NCBI RefSeq assembly: GCF_006345805.1
Contig: NC_042998.1
Coordinates: 116,994,001 to 117,058,000, forward strand
From: Octopus sinensis
Lineage: Eukaryota
Reading direction: 5' to 3'
DNA length: 64,000 nucleotides
Shown here one piece after another: positions 25,771-39,274 of the stretch (positions are counted from its first letter, which is position 1; every line of letters begins with the position of its first letter). The position numbers and the translations under genes were made by a program. The notes beneath the pieces were generated by a model that saw nothing but the letters and a program-made list of their open reading frames with translations, searched no databases and was not told the origin of the DNA.

Positions 25771-28700
25771 ATATATACATGCACACACGCACACCTGTAT
25801 ATATCCACACTCATATAAGATTGAATGTGCTACGTGCGTGCTGTTGTGCAATCATATATATGTGTACTTCACGTAGCAGGACCGCCGGTATATAAGGATC
25901 GATATAATTCTTGTTCGTTTAACTAGGATTAAAATACAAATATTTATTTTAAATTTGAAGCATAGTGAAAGGCACTATCGATGTGCGCTTACGAACAACA
26001 ATAATGCAATCCTTTTAGAAATGATATCCAGATACAGCAAACACACTCGTTATTATACTACACCATCCATGAAGTATATCATTTCGATTATCATCTCTTT
26101 ATCAGCTGGCATTCCATTGAGAGATATGTTTCAACTTGTGAGTAGTTCTCGTCTTTTCTCTCTTGTTTCCACTTATCCACAAAGGAATTGGTATATTGAT
26201 TTCTAGCCACATGTATTGTATCAAATAGAGTGACCTTCGTTCTATTTTCCCAGATCATTTTAAAAAGCTTATTCTCATTTTACAATCTCTGTTCTGCCCG
26301 ACGCCAGTTAGTGATTGTAATAAAATTAGCTGCATTTCAGACATTTGTGCCAGGTATCGAGTATTCGGAAACCTTATCCCCTCTTTAACATATCACAGAG
26401 CTTTCTAAAACTTTCATACGCGCTACTTTTCCACCTCTGAGTATATCATAAACTAACGTTATTGACGAAACTAAGATTTGCTTATACAAAGACTACACAA
26501 AAATGATTCATTCGTGGGTTTCACTCTCTGAAAATATGAATTGATATCCGTTCAATAAAGATCTTTATCTAGTATATATGCAAAGCTGAATATTGATCCT
26601 GTGTTATTCTGTTTCGAAGAAGATTTACTCGTATAATTCTGTTTGGCTGAAATTTTGAACATATTATCATGAAGTAACTAGTAAAACAAATGAAAAAATT
26701 GACGTAAATTCAGGGGATATTTATAAGATATAGAATAAGAAAGTGCAAAGAATACGTATGGAAACAATGCAAAGTGTCTCCTGCATTGAACGAAAATCAA
26801 TTATGTGGATGCTCATTTAGACCATATAGTAAACCAAAGCGTGACCATCACAGAATTATAAAAGAATGAACCAAAACCTACGCAATTAACTTTCATCAAG
26901 AAAGACTGGAAAACATAAACTTTTAACTCGTTTAAATTTTTGAGAAAATCAATGGTGACATACATTGGAGAGAAGCTGTTACTGTAGCAAGATCGTTAAA
27001 AAGTCCTGATAAGCTTCGGTCTTTCAGATCTATCAGGCAAAGCATGGTTTTACGAGTGCTTGACTAACTTAGATGGCTGAGACATACGGAAGCGTTGAGT
27101 AAATAAACACTATTAGGTGTGACCATGTAAAGGAATATCTATACTAAATATGGTTTTTGTACCAAAGCAAACCTCCAAATAATAAGTAATAAATCGCTTT
27201 AATGGTAGTTAGTTTCAGAATACAAATCATAAAAATTCAGCAAAATTTCAGGAATACATTACACGTAGTAATAACAATATTTTATATTGCAACACTGTCA
27301 GATGTGTGGTAATAACACATTTTATAACTTAAGACTGTCAGATAAGTACTATGTTCCGTATTTCATATCCCATGATGTCAGAAGATTAGTAACCAGACTA
27401 GTTTATATTCCAACTGTCAGATGTATGGTACTAACGATTTTATAACATAAGACATTCAGGAGCGTAATGAGCACTATGTTAACACTATACGAACACCAAA
27501 GGGAATAATAGGTGTATATCATATATCCCAGAACGAAGAGTTCTTTTATATTCCAGGAAAGTATTTTGTGTGTGTATATATACATTAGTAAATGTATATA
27601 TTAGTAAATTCCAACCCAAGCTAAATAAACAATAATAATAATAATACAACCATTACCAATAACAAACATTTCCAAACAATAAACATAGCCAAACAATTAC
27701 TGCTTTGAGCAGAGTTAAAATACAGGTCTCTTGACAGGTTCAAAAACCTGTGATTCCTAAATCAAACACCAATCAACTTACGTAATTTAGTAAATGCACG
27801 CAGAATATATTCAGAATATAGTTTACAAAATTTAACATTCTGGAGCCTATACAGATATATTTAAGATACATGGTTGGGAATTCTAAAAACATTACTGTCA
27901 GCACTACTATATGAACCTGAAGATGGATGAAAGTCCTAGTTCAATCAGAATGTAGATTCAATATTCTATCATTTATATTACCTTATAATATATTATTATA
28001 AGATTGTAAATAAAACGTGAAAATCTAAGTTGAAATTTCTTTGAGAATGATATGTATATATGTATCATATATCTGTATATATCATATATATATACATGCA
28101 TATATGTGCACATACATATACCACCAGCCCATGGGATATATGGTATTGAAATTACGTCCGCATTTATAACGATGTTGGTAATGTGGTTATGTATGTATGT
28201 AAGGTTATATATTTCTGTATTCGTTGGTTTAATCTAAAGCGCCAAAACATTCTTAAGAAGAACCTACAGAATAAATGGAACTGAAATGGAAATGGTATTG
28301 AAATCTTTTGGTATCATGGCAGTGAAAGTGAGAGAAAACCTTAATAACAAACAAATATATGGCACTCACAGAAGATCTCTCCATATATATTAGACAGAAC
28401 AATATCGATTATCGTTTACGAATTAAGAATATGCGTAGGACAGAGGAAGCAAGAAAAACAGGGTAGGAAAATAAATGGCGCGATGTTTATGAATCTTATA
28501 CACAACAAAGTCAAGATGACTACTTAGTTCTTAAATTGAGAAACACATCATGTTGTCATTGACAGCAGAATCGTACGAAAATGATTAAGACTCATGACTG
28601 ATGAGGTGAACATACATAATGCTTCCACTTTCGAAAGAAATGCTTTAATTATTTCCTCCATCATTTTATGTTCAGAGTTCAAATCCCGACTCATTAAACT

Positions 28701-29840
28701 TTGCTTTGCTACCTACAGGTTCGAAAAAGTGACGCATAAGTAAAGTATTGAGATCGAGGTAATTACTCGAATCCCTCAAAGCTGCAGGCATTGTTTATAA
28801 CTCAGAAACCATTAATAAAAAAATATTTAAATGATGTCTGAAGATACGAAACATATCTGGAATGAATGGAATATCAGCCAGTCCTACAAAATTAGACAAT
28901 TCAATATTTTGATTTTTTCTTTCGCAGTATACTATCTGTGAGTGCATATAATCCGAAAATGTGATCCCAGGTTTTAATCATACAGAACTTATCTCGGATT
29001 ATGTGCCAGCCATTGATGAATTGTTCTTAAGATGAATTCTTAATCCATAGAGAATGATTGAGTACGTCATCGTGAATAAGGAAATCAATAATAAACTAAT
29101 TGGGACAGAACTACTACCCAAAAGCTCACAGATGTCACATGCTTTTTAATGTTTTTAATTAAAGTATATACAAAACTCTCTTAAAAATTTGCGTTTTCTT
29201 TTTGATTTTGAAAACACTACATATGTACTAGTTTATGTATGTATGTATGTATGTATGTATGTATATATGTATGTATGTATGCATGAATGTAAGCTTGCAT
29301 GTATGTATCCATGCATGTGTGTATGTATGAATGTAAGTATGTATGTATTTATGTATGGATCTATGTATTTATGTATGTAAACCACCGGCAAAGAGCCAGA
29401 AACTATTGACACAATTATTAGACAATTACTGAACAATTGCCATCACTTGGTACTAACATAGCGGTATTTTGCTGACTTTTAAATGAGTGCAGGCGTGACC
29501 ACTAAAAGTACAGTCTTTAGTTTTGAGAACTTCATGCAGTACTTACCGATTCGATGTAAGTGTTGCATGAAGAACTGTAAATTCATGATTTGCGAAGATT
29601 CTGTTGAGGTTCTTTCATATTTCTTAAACTGAAATTATTCCCGAGATCGATCGATTTTTGCGATGCAATGTCCTATATCCCAGTAATATTAAAAACTAAT
29701 AGTTTGAGTCTAAAACACTTAGGTTGCCCTATACGCCGAATCTGACTATATATCGGCACATACGGTATATTTCGGAAATGTGGATTCAAAAAAACTGACG
29801 ATATACGCACACGATTTTTTTTAAGTGTGGTGTTTGACAA

Positions 29841-29879
<39 letters not shown>

Positions 29880-30755
29880 GTGTGTGCGTGCGTGTGAGTG
29901 AGTGTGTGTGTATGTATGTGTGTGTGTGTGTATGTGTGTGTGTGTGTGTTCTTTAGTGAAGCAAAACAGAATTATGAAATTCTTTGTAATTAGTTATATA
30001 GCTTTAGAAAAACACCATTTTTTTTTAGAAAAACACCTTTTTTATTTCTCTGTGAATGTTTACCAGGTTTCCACATTTTCGGGATAATCTACATATATGC
30101 TAAGTACTACAGTTATAATTATTATGATTTACTATTACTATGGTGTTATGTATGTACTGGAACTAAATATCAATATACAATGTGTTGCAATATCATTTGA
30201 ACGCAGGGAAACTATTACTATCATTTACTCCTTGAATCCTAAACCAGCCGATGACAATTGAGCCTTTCATGCAATGGGAGACGATAAATTAAACATCAGT
30301 GAAGATTTTGTGTCGATATAATTTAATTTGCCCTTCACGTGATACATACAGCTTGCATATGCTTTGTAAATACAGCTTGCATATGCACTCGCCTAGAAAA
30401 ATAGGAAGGCCGAACTAAAGTAATATATACAAGATATCCACATTTTCTTATAGCTCCCGTAAGGTTGATTAGTAAATTTTACTTCGGTTGAATTTCATTT
30501 GAATCGTAAAGACACGCTGCTAATTGATACAATTAGAATCCGTCCGATGTCCACACTCCAATGATTTTAATATAGTAAATAAGAAAAATTTAGGCTTAAT
30601 ATTCTGATGTATATTTATGGATTAATACATATTTTTTGTTTTTGCTTCTTTATATTCTGAAACTGTTTTATGTACGTCTAAACGATTTTGAGTTGAATCA
30701 GGTACGCCACAATTTCTTGTATTTTTCTCATGTCTAAATTTCAAACACAAATGTA

Positions 30756-30787
<32 letters not shown>

Positions 30788-32039
30788 TATATATATCATT
30801 GTTGTTACATTTCATTTACATTAAGTTTCTAAACGTAAACATTCTTTTAGATCTCAAAATTACTTTTCATTTGGAATTCAATTGGCAAATATTTTAGAGA
30901 ATTTCTTGCGTTTAAATTAACGCTGCTCTACATTATTTATTCGCCTTCCTAATTGAATAAAGAGTTGAAATTTCAGCAGCAACAGCATGTGTCGTCGTAT
31001 TCAGCATTATTGTGAGATATATCAAAGTATTGATCATTATCTTAGGCGCAGCTTGCATGTGGATTAAACGCCTACTATATTCTATTCAGTCTTGAGGAAT
31101 AGTGCGTAGTTTTTCAAAGAACCGGGACTAATGGATTAATTACTGTAATTAATTATCATCGAGTTCAACGACCTATTCCTTATTAACAATCAATATGAAC
31201 ATGACATGGGTACAGCTATCACAATATATATGCCAAAACACATAGAAATATGAATCGGTGAGCGAAATGCAATAATGTAAATGTACACGTAAATGAAATG
31301 ATTTCGAAACCTGCAACAATTTTGTAGGCAAAATTCAAAGGAGCTGATCGATATAAAATGAACTGAACGTGAATGATTTACATTATGCTAATTGCAGTGT
31401 TTCGCAGTACGATTTCAGATTAAACTAAATTTGCATTTATCATTTGCTACTCTTCAGTTCATAAAAATCCATGCATTTTATTGAGTGTTCCACTTCCATT
31501 TCGGAGAGAGATTCATAATTTTCAGATAAATTAGCTACTGGTCCTTAGTCAGGACAGCTCACAATAACTATACCTATGACCAAAATCAGCCTAGCAATGA
31601 GTATCGTGTTTTGGGGGAGTGTCTATGTCTACACAATTTAATTTTATTTCCTATTTACGCAATTAATGATTTCGGGAAAACGTTATTTTGCAGTATGCCT
31701 ACATAGGGTTGCCACGTTATACAAAAATGTTAAATGTAGGACCGCAAACATGTTTAGTAATGTTACTGCCGTTCTCATAGATTTCCAAACAAAATTCATA
31801 TAAACTCTGTGATAATGTAAGGCAAATTAGACATTAGCGCTATTTGAGCACAAAAGACAAACGAAAGAAATCGATTAGTCCCAAACAATGTCATTTTGCC
31901 AATTAATTACATTATATTTAAACATGGTAAATCAAAGTGGTATCTTTAGCAATATCCACTTTTTTGGTGATACAAATTTACCTTCTCAACGACTAATTTT
32001 TTCCTGAGTGAAATATATATTTTTTACATATTGGGTTGT

Positions 32040-32250
32040 ATGAAGGCTGCGAAATGGCAGAACTGTTAGCAATCCTGGTATAATTTTTAGAGACATTTCG
32101 TCAGACTTTGCGTCCTGAATTTAAATTCCGCCGAGGTCGACTACCTCTTTCATTTCTTCGGGATGGATAGAAAATGCACCACTCGAGTACTAGGATCTAT
32201 GTATCGACTTAAGCTCACTGTAAAATTGCTGGCCTTGTGCCATAGTTTGA
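32040..32250 (+). mobile_element. SINE family C copy
   Basis: GCGAAATGGCAGAACTGTTAGC..TGAATTTAAATTCCGCCGAGGTCGAC..GCTGGCCTTGTGC. Confidence 0.7.
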
Positions 32251-34625
32251 AACTAATTTTGAGCCGTATGGATTACTATTGAACTTATGCTGACAATTCA
32301 ACAGATTCGTCTTTGTCAGAAGTGTTATAGTGTTAATCTTACATTTTACCAATCAGACACAATAAAATATTGAGCCTTTTTGGCATTTACTATGAGAGAA
32401 CGTAGTTTCATTTACTATTAACTTTCATTGACAGGTACGAGAATTCTGTCCTCATTCATTCTGTTTTTGTGTTTAGTTAACTTCTTCACATTGCCTCTGC
32501 AGAACAACTTCTATCAGTGTTTTACTACATACGCTTACTAGCTGTCGAGGCTTATTATCTGGTTGTAAAATTTTTGAATTCCATAATATAGCACTCCAGT
32601 GAAATGCCTTTAACAATAAAAAATATAGAGTAGGACTTGTTTTTAATTACGTGTTTAGGAGCATTTTTTAAAATCCTCTTTTCAGGTCCTTTCCAATCAT
32701 TATATCATTCGATCTCCACTCCTTTAAAATTTGAAGGAAAAAATATATTACCTTTCGAAGATTGTGTCATCCCACTATTCACCATTATCTTATAAAAATT
32801 GGCAGATTTCTAAAGGGAGGAATTATTGTTTGATAGCGTTAGTATATATACTTATTAATAAACAATAGAAAACACAACATGAATGCATATTTAACAGCTT
32901 TGTTCCAAGTAAATTGAAAACCTGAAACGCAGAAATAAAATATCACGGAAGACGTTAGTAAGTAATTATCTTGGATATTGTCTTCCTATTTTCTGATATA
33001 GACAAAGATTATTGAGAGCTTTGAATCAAAGATATTCGTTCAACCATTAAGAAATTCTCCATGGAAATGCGTGAAAAAGCTTTTAGCTTTTCTCGGATGA
33101 AAAGAATTCTTCAAAAGACTCCACATAATTAAATGGAGTAAGGTTTCTCGAATAGCATTCAACAAAACATTTGAAGAAATCTGAACATGGACCGGAAGAA
33201 GCACTTTTACGTTTTTTGTGTTATTGTTCGCTGACTGGGTTTACAACTTCGATTCATAGAGAGTCATATCTTTATGTAATATTACTTCGGGAATGAAAAA
33301 TCTCCCGTGAGATAATATTAGTATCTTTTCATTAGGCATTCGAAAGCAGTGTAACTGAAGTGCAATGTATTCAACCAAAAATCGAAAATGTTGCGTAGAA
33401 TTCCGAAGCCAAGTATCTTATGAGATAATAAATATTACTTATTTTGAATAAGAAATATTTTATCTATAGTATAAAGAGAGGGGTAACTGGGTTGTGCAAA
33501 TATCAAGTTTTCCCTAAAATAAAAAGGTGTAAAACGTGCGTCGTCAAATCTTTCGAAAAAATTATTTTTTATTCTGTTGATCAACGTCAGACCATAAATG
33601 TCTATTTTTTCAACAAAATACATGGAATTTATGATAGTTTTGAAAAATGCGATGTTATAGTTTCTTATTCTAAATTAAGGCGTTTTTGCAAAGTATTAGT
33701 TGTGAATGTGTGATACACGCCAAAGGAGGTTGTGCAGTGTCTATAACTTATGCCGAATCAGCAAGACGGTGGAAGTTACAAGTCAAAATGTTTTAATATA
33801 TGTACTGAGTAATTGACAAACAAGTAAACAGTACTGATATGAAGCCAGATCAAGTTGACCTATGCTTTGGACGGTTGACTTAATGGATCAAGCCCATGAA
33901 GAGTTAATGTCCGTCAGAATTTCCATTCAGTTTTTGTTAGTAAATTTTATCCACAGGCCTACTTGATACAGTGTTCGTATTTAGGTCAAAACTGAATTAC
34001 TAAAGTACAAGGCGAATCTCATAATTATGAGATTTCTTCAGTTGGTAAAGAAAGTTCATTGCAGACAGTAATTACGGAAGATTAATATCAGAAATGTATT
34101 TCTAGCTAAGAATAATATTAGAGGAACAGAAGTGATACATGCAACAGGAGTTGCCATAAAAATTAAATGACATAAATCAAAACGAGTAGATGTCTCAACT
34201 CTTTGAATGTAACGAGAACTTTATCTTAAAAGAAAAAAACCTGTTTTTTTTTCCTTTTTTTGTGGCTGTAAAACATGTTGTTAGATAAGAAAAAATCATT
34301 TGTTATGAAGCTTCAGCTAATCTGAAGAATGTTTACTCAATAAAGAAACAATATCTGAATATTTGATTTAGAACTTTGGATAGTTTTAAGAATATTTTGC
34401 ATGTAAGTCAACGAAAGTGACCAACTGGTGAAATTGTCTGTACATATCAAAACAATTAAAGATATGATGTAGATTTAGAGACAAACTAAATGCATTTTCC
34501 TTGCCAAAATTATGCACTATATAGATATATGTCTTGTAGTTGAACGTTCCGTCTAGGGAATCGAGATGTTTGTCCTTTCATCTTTTTTAATAAACATAAT
34601 TGCCTATGATCTGTTTTCACAATAG

Positions 34626-34704
34626 ATGATGCTGTGATCGACCTGACATGTCTAAATGTATCAAAGCCAAAATCAGAGCTATCACAAAATTATTCAACAG
34701 TTGA
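34626..34704 (+). CDS. Candidate small internal exon (DDAVIDLTCLNVSKPKSELSQNYSTV)
   Basis: Acceptor TGTTTTCACAATAG|, donor TTGA|GTAAGC, one open frame. No homology recognised. Confidence 0.25.
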
Positions 34705-35434
34705 GTAAGCTCTTTATTATTTGCTCGTGAATTTTGTTAAGTCGTAATGGATTCATTTTATATAGTGTTTGACTGTAATTCTATAATTGACTTTTATTTA
34801 TATCATGTGATCACTGTGTAGCATTTTATTTCAGAATATGAACCGATGATGTTGCTTCTCACAGACACACAAACTGCGAGAAATAGCAGTCAAATTTGAC
34901 ACAAATTATCTTAATGTCGTAAATGCGGGGTACATATGTTAAATATCGGAGTGCAACAAACGCCAAAACAGAGGATTTAGACTCGCATGGAATAAGCTTT
35001 CATTTTTTCTTTGTAGACATACTAAATCAAAGAGTAGATCACATAAAATAATTCCATCTGTTCTTTTAAGACAGTATATTTTCAATACAGAAATTGTCAG
35101 TAAGAAACATTAAGAAAAACCAAAACTGAAAACTTGTCTGGTAATTGTAATTATATAGGTGACAATGTTCGCAGTCAAGTTACTGACTATTTATTACTCT
35201 ACAAAATATATGTAGACACTGCCTAACATGCTATTGTTCGGGAATTGCTGAGATAAACTTAGTTGCATCATGAGATTTTTCAGACCAAGTGAATAATATC
35301 TCTGTAACTTAACTCTCTCCCTTTCGATGTTGCTCTCTTTCTTTCTCTCTCTTATTCTCTATATATCTTAATGTGAATATATGTGTGTGTGTGTGTGTCT
35401 GTTTTATGTGCGTCTCTCTCTCTCTTTACACACA

Positions 35435-35477
<43 letters not shown>

Positions 35478-35583
35478 ACACACACATATATATATATATA
35501 AAGAGAGAAAAAGACGTATATACGACACACACACACACATATGTGTGTATATATATTTATGTATGTGTGCGTGGGTATGTGAC

Positions 35584-35627
<44 letters not shown>

Positions 35628-35636
35628 TGTGCTTAT

Positions 35637-35857
35637 TAACGGCAATAAGAACGTAGACAATATTTGTAACATGTTTCACAAATTCAGTCTAGCTATTGCT
35701 AATCAGTGTCTTAATACCATTCAATTTCTTCACAGAATATGGTAGTAACGGCAATAAGAACGTAGACAATATTTGTAACATGTTTCACAAATTCAGTCTA
35801 GCTATTGCTAATCAGTGTCTTAATACCATTCAATTTCTTCACAGAATATGGTAGTAA
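35637..35857. repeat. Exact 109-bp tandem duplication
   Basis: 35637-35745 is identical to 35746-35854. Confidence 0.95.
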
Positions 35858-35931
35858 AGAGAAACTCCGAACAACACCCTAACAAATCTTCATACTTACA
35901 TTAAAAAGCAAAGACATATCTATATAATGCC

Positions 35932-36002
<71 letters not shown>

Positions 36003-36003
<1 letters not shown>

Positions 36004-36192
36004 AACAATTGCCGCGTGGAAGGTGTTTATAAGCCATTTACGAAACACATAAAACCGTTAGATTCACTTCAACATTTAAATTTAATTTATCAAATAAAAT
36101 TTTGACAAATTAAATTTTAATGTTGAAGTGAATCTAACGGTTTTGTGTGTTTCGTAAATGGCTTATAAACACCTTCCACGCTGCAATTGTTT
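36003..36192. repeat. 190-bp fold-back (hairpin) element
   Basis: 92-bp arms with 4 mismatches and a 6-nt loop. Confidence 0.95.
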
Positions 36193-37548
36193 CCGTTCCA
36201 GCACACGATCTAAGATCAAGCCACTCGCTATGCAAGTACATCTTTATATATATATATATATGTGTGTGTATGTGTATGTATGTATGTATGTATGTGTGTG
36301 TGTGCATATATGTTGCACATGTGTTTATGCATGGACATATTTCTCAAGTTTTGTGCTTATGTGTATTTCAGAATAGAAAAAAAAAGCATTAGAGGAGAAG
36401 ACAAAACTATGCCGCAATAAGAATAGTCATGTGATTTTATATCCCTCTCCCATTCCGACTCTCTCTCTCTCTCTTACCTTCGGTCTTTCTCTCTTCCATA
36501 GTCATGTGTTAAATAGTGTTTAATCATCTCCATTATTTCATAGCTATGCTAGTCCAGCCTTAAGTGTTGTCTATCTCGACCACTGTTTAGCCATGATCGG
36601 CTATTGTACACCCATATAATCAATGGGAATCTAGTTATAGTAATCCCTCGTATTTTATTTGTGTGCGTGTGTGTGTGTGCGTGTTTGTGTGTGTGTGTTT
36701 GTATGTGTGTGTTTGTATGTATTCAACTTTGCTACTATTTGCAACAAGCTTGGCCACCTTAGAAACGCTCAGTGTTTGGAATTGTACACTTACGTGCATG
36801 CATAGTGTATTTGAAACAACATTATTTAAAATATAATCATTATGTTTTTTTCATAGTAGCCCGGAGGTAATTTGAGGATGATATTTCTGGCTATATCTAA
36901 CAGGCAGAATGTAAACTCTCATAGAGTGATCTCTTGCTGATGTTTACTGCCTTAATACTTAATAGTCAGTCAGTTTTAACAAATGTGCACGAATGTAACA
37001 ATTATTGAGTAAATTAACAAGCAATCTGTTTTGTCCGAAATAAACCGGAGTCATTAACGTGATATTGATCTCATGAGGAATAGCTTCGTGTGGCTAAACG
37101 AGGCGATTAATATCCTGCTGTTCGTTACAGCTTCAAACATAGAGAAGTAAGCTTCTTTTTATTGAAAAACTATTTAAGAGGAAACAGCCACCTCCTACAT
37201 CCGCCAAATGACATTTTCAAAATAATTGTCTTGTTATTTAACATTCATCAAAAATTTCTCAAAATCTCTTCAATTTCCAATCTTTGAAACTGTTTATCTA
37301 TGTATATACGGATATCTGTCTGTCAGTGTGTATGTACGGATGTATGCCGTTGTTCAGTTTTATTTCAAGATTTCTTGCTAACATAGAAAGGGCCGGTTTC
37401 TAACCTGGATCCATGGAATTTGAACATCGGAATTTGAACATCAACCGCAGGGTATTTCTATTCGTATATATGTATTTATGAATGTATTTGTTCAGAATTA
37501 TATATGTATGTAAATATGCATATGTATATCTATCTATCTATCTATCTA

Positions 37549-37591
<43 letters not shown>

Positions 37592-37618
37592 ATATCTATC
37601 TATCTATCTATCTATCTG

Positions 37619-37673
<55 letters not shown>

Positions 37674-37789
37674 TATATATATCTGTGCCTACGTATATTT
37701 TTTTCTTTTCTTTTCCTTTAATAATTTCACATCGCGAGCTACCTGAAAGAATTTTAGTCGAAGGAACCACAATGAGGGACATTATTTAC

Positions 37790-37945
37790 GTTCGACGAAT
37801 ATTTCCCTTCATCTTATTTCCATTCCTCATCTTGTTTGTTGTTAACAAAACATTTCGGCTGATTTACCCTCCAGATTTCATTATGTGTCTTGGGGAAATT
37901 TCGAATCTAGTTTCGCATTCGTAAGGTATTTTTCGATGTTGTTGT
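37790..37945. mobile_element. Penelope-type terminal-repeat fragment with a degenerate hammerhead on the minus strand
   Basis: Minus strand of 37845-37889 reads GACAC ATAATGA AATCTG..CAGCC GAAA TGTT. A related segment lies in the opposite orientation at about 38575-38610. Confidence 0.55.
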
Positions 37946-37974
37946 TGTTGTTGTTATTATTATTATTATTATTA

Positions 37975-38041
<67 letters not shown>

Positions 38042-38046
38042 CATTA

Positions 38047-38565
38047 TTGGGTGAGAGAGCAGTGCATGCCATCAAAGTGACGCTGGGGCACAATATACGA
38101 AACCCAGTATACCCATCATGACTACCGGTCTGATAAAGGTACACAAGCAACATGCATCACAACTATATGTGTGCGACATGGTAATCTCATATCAAGATAA
38201 ACAGCACATGACCTTGCAGGTGGGGCCCACTTAAAATGTTCTTGTGATCGAGTAGCCCATCCCGTTCAAAATATCCCTGAATAAGGGTTGTTTAAGGATG
38301 TTGAACAAGACACTTATGTTTCCAGAGTTGAATTATTCAAACCCCAAAGAATCCCTAGCTATATTGCTTCCCCACTACTTCTGCTTGTGATCAGAGATGC
38401 ACATATCGTCAGCTACTAAGGGACACGTTCAACTTGTTAAGGTCAAACAACAGACAAGCAAATCTGTGGTATTGAGCAGAATATTTGCTGTAGCCCATTT
38501 TTTATACCAAGACGAAACAATATACGTGATAACACTTCCAATCATTTAAGATCAGAAGCCAAGAG
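38047..38565 (-). mobile_element. About 500-bp non-coding interspersed element with (AAT)n tail, copy 2
   Basis: Colinear with 16583-17086 and preceded on the plus strand by (ATT)n at 37955-38046. Confidence 0.8.
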
Positions 38566-39074
38566 CAGGACAACAAGAACAGGACAAATATCCGTCAAAT
38601 GCAAATATTGTAAATAATGTACACGATTCCTCATGTCTTAAATATAGAACTTTATGTTCAGATTTCTATGTTATGTTTTATGTATGTATTCCCATGCATA
38701 TACTTGCATAGCTAGACATACTCATATATTTGAATGATAAACTTCTGGAAAGTTTTACAGATATTTACAGTTCAAGTGATGGATTAGATCTGTAGTCTTC
38801 GAATTAACTTTCTCCTTTCTAGTTTTGAGAAGCATAATTTCTCAAGATTAGTATTTAGGTAATGTGTTACATATCATAGGGCCCCCAAAATTACAAGTAT
38901 AAACCTGAATTTGTAATGAGGTTAGAGTTTTTATATATGTGTCGTTCATGAATGTGCATATGTATATATATATATATGTGTGTGTGTATGTTTGTGTATG
39001 TATGGATATATGTATGTTTACATGTGTGTGTGTATGTATATAAACATCCAGACAAATGTATATATATATATATA

Positions 39075-39077
39075 GAT

Positions 39078-39168
<91 letters not shown>

Positions 39169-39180
39169 AGATAGATAGAT

Positions 39181-39274
<94 letters not shown>
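39075..39274. repeat. (GATA)n tetranucleotide array, about 200 bp
   Basis: Direct reading. Confidence 0.98.

Noticed and set aside
25990-26500. Minus-strand frame with protein-like stretches (MIWENRTKVTLFDTIH..)
   Set aside because: Multiple stops and no recognisable family; compatible with chance in AT-rich DNA.
28928-28937. 10-nt micro-exon (TTTCGCAG|TATACTATCT|GTGAGT) that would extend the 7486 signal-like peptide
   Set aside because: An attractive phase match, but unsupported without transcripts; the longer reading stops after 12 codons.
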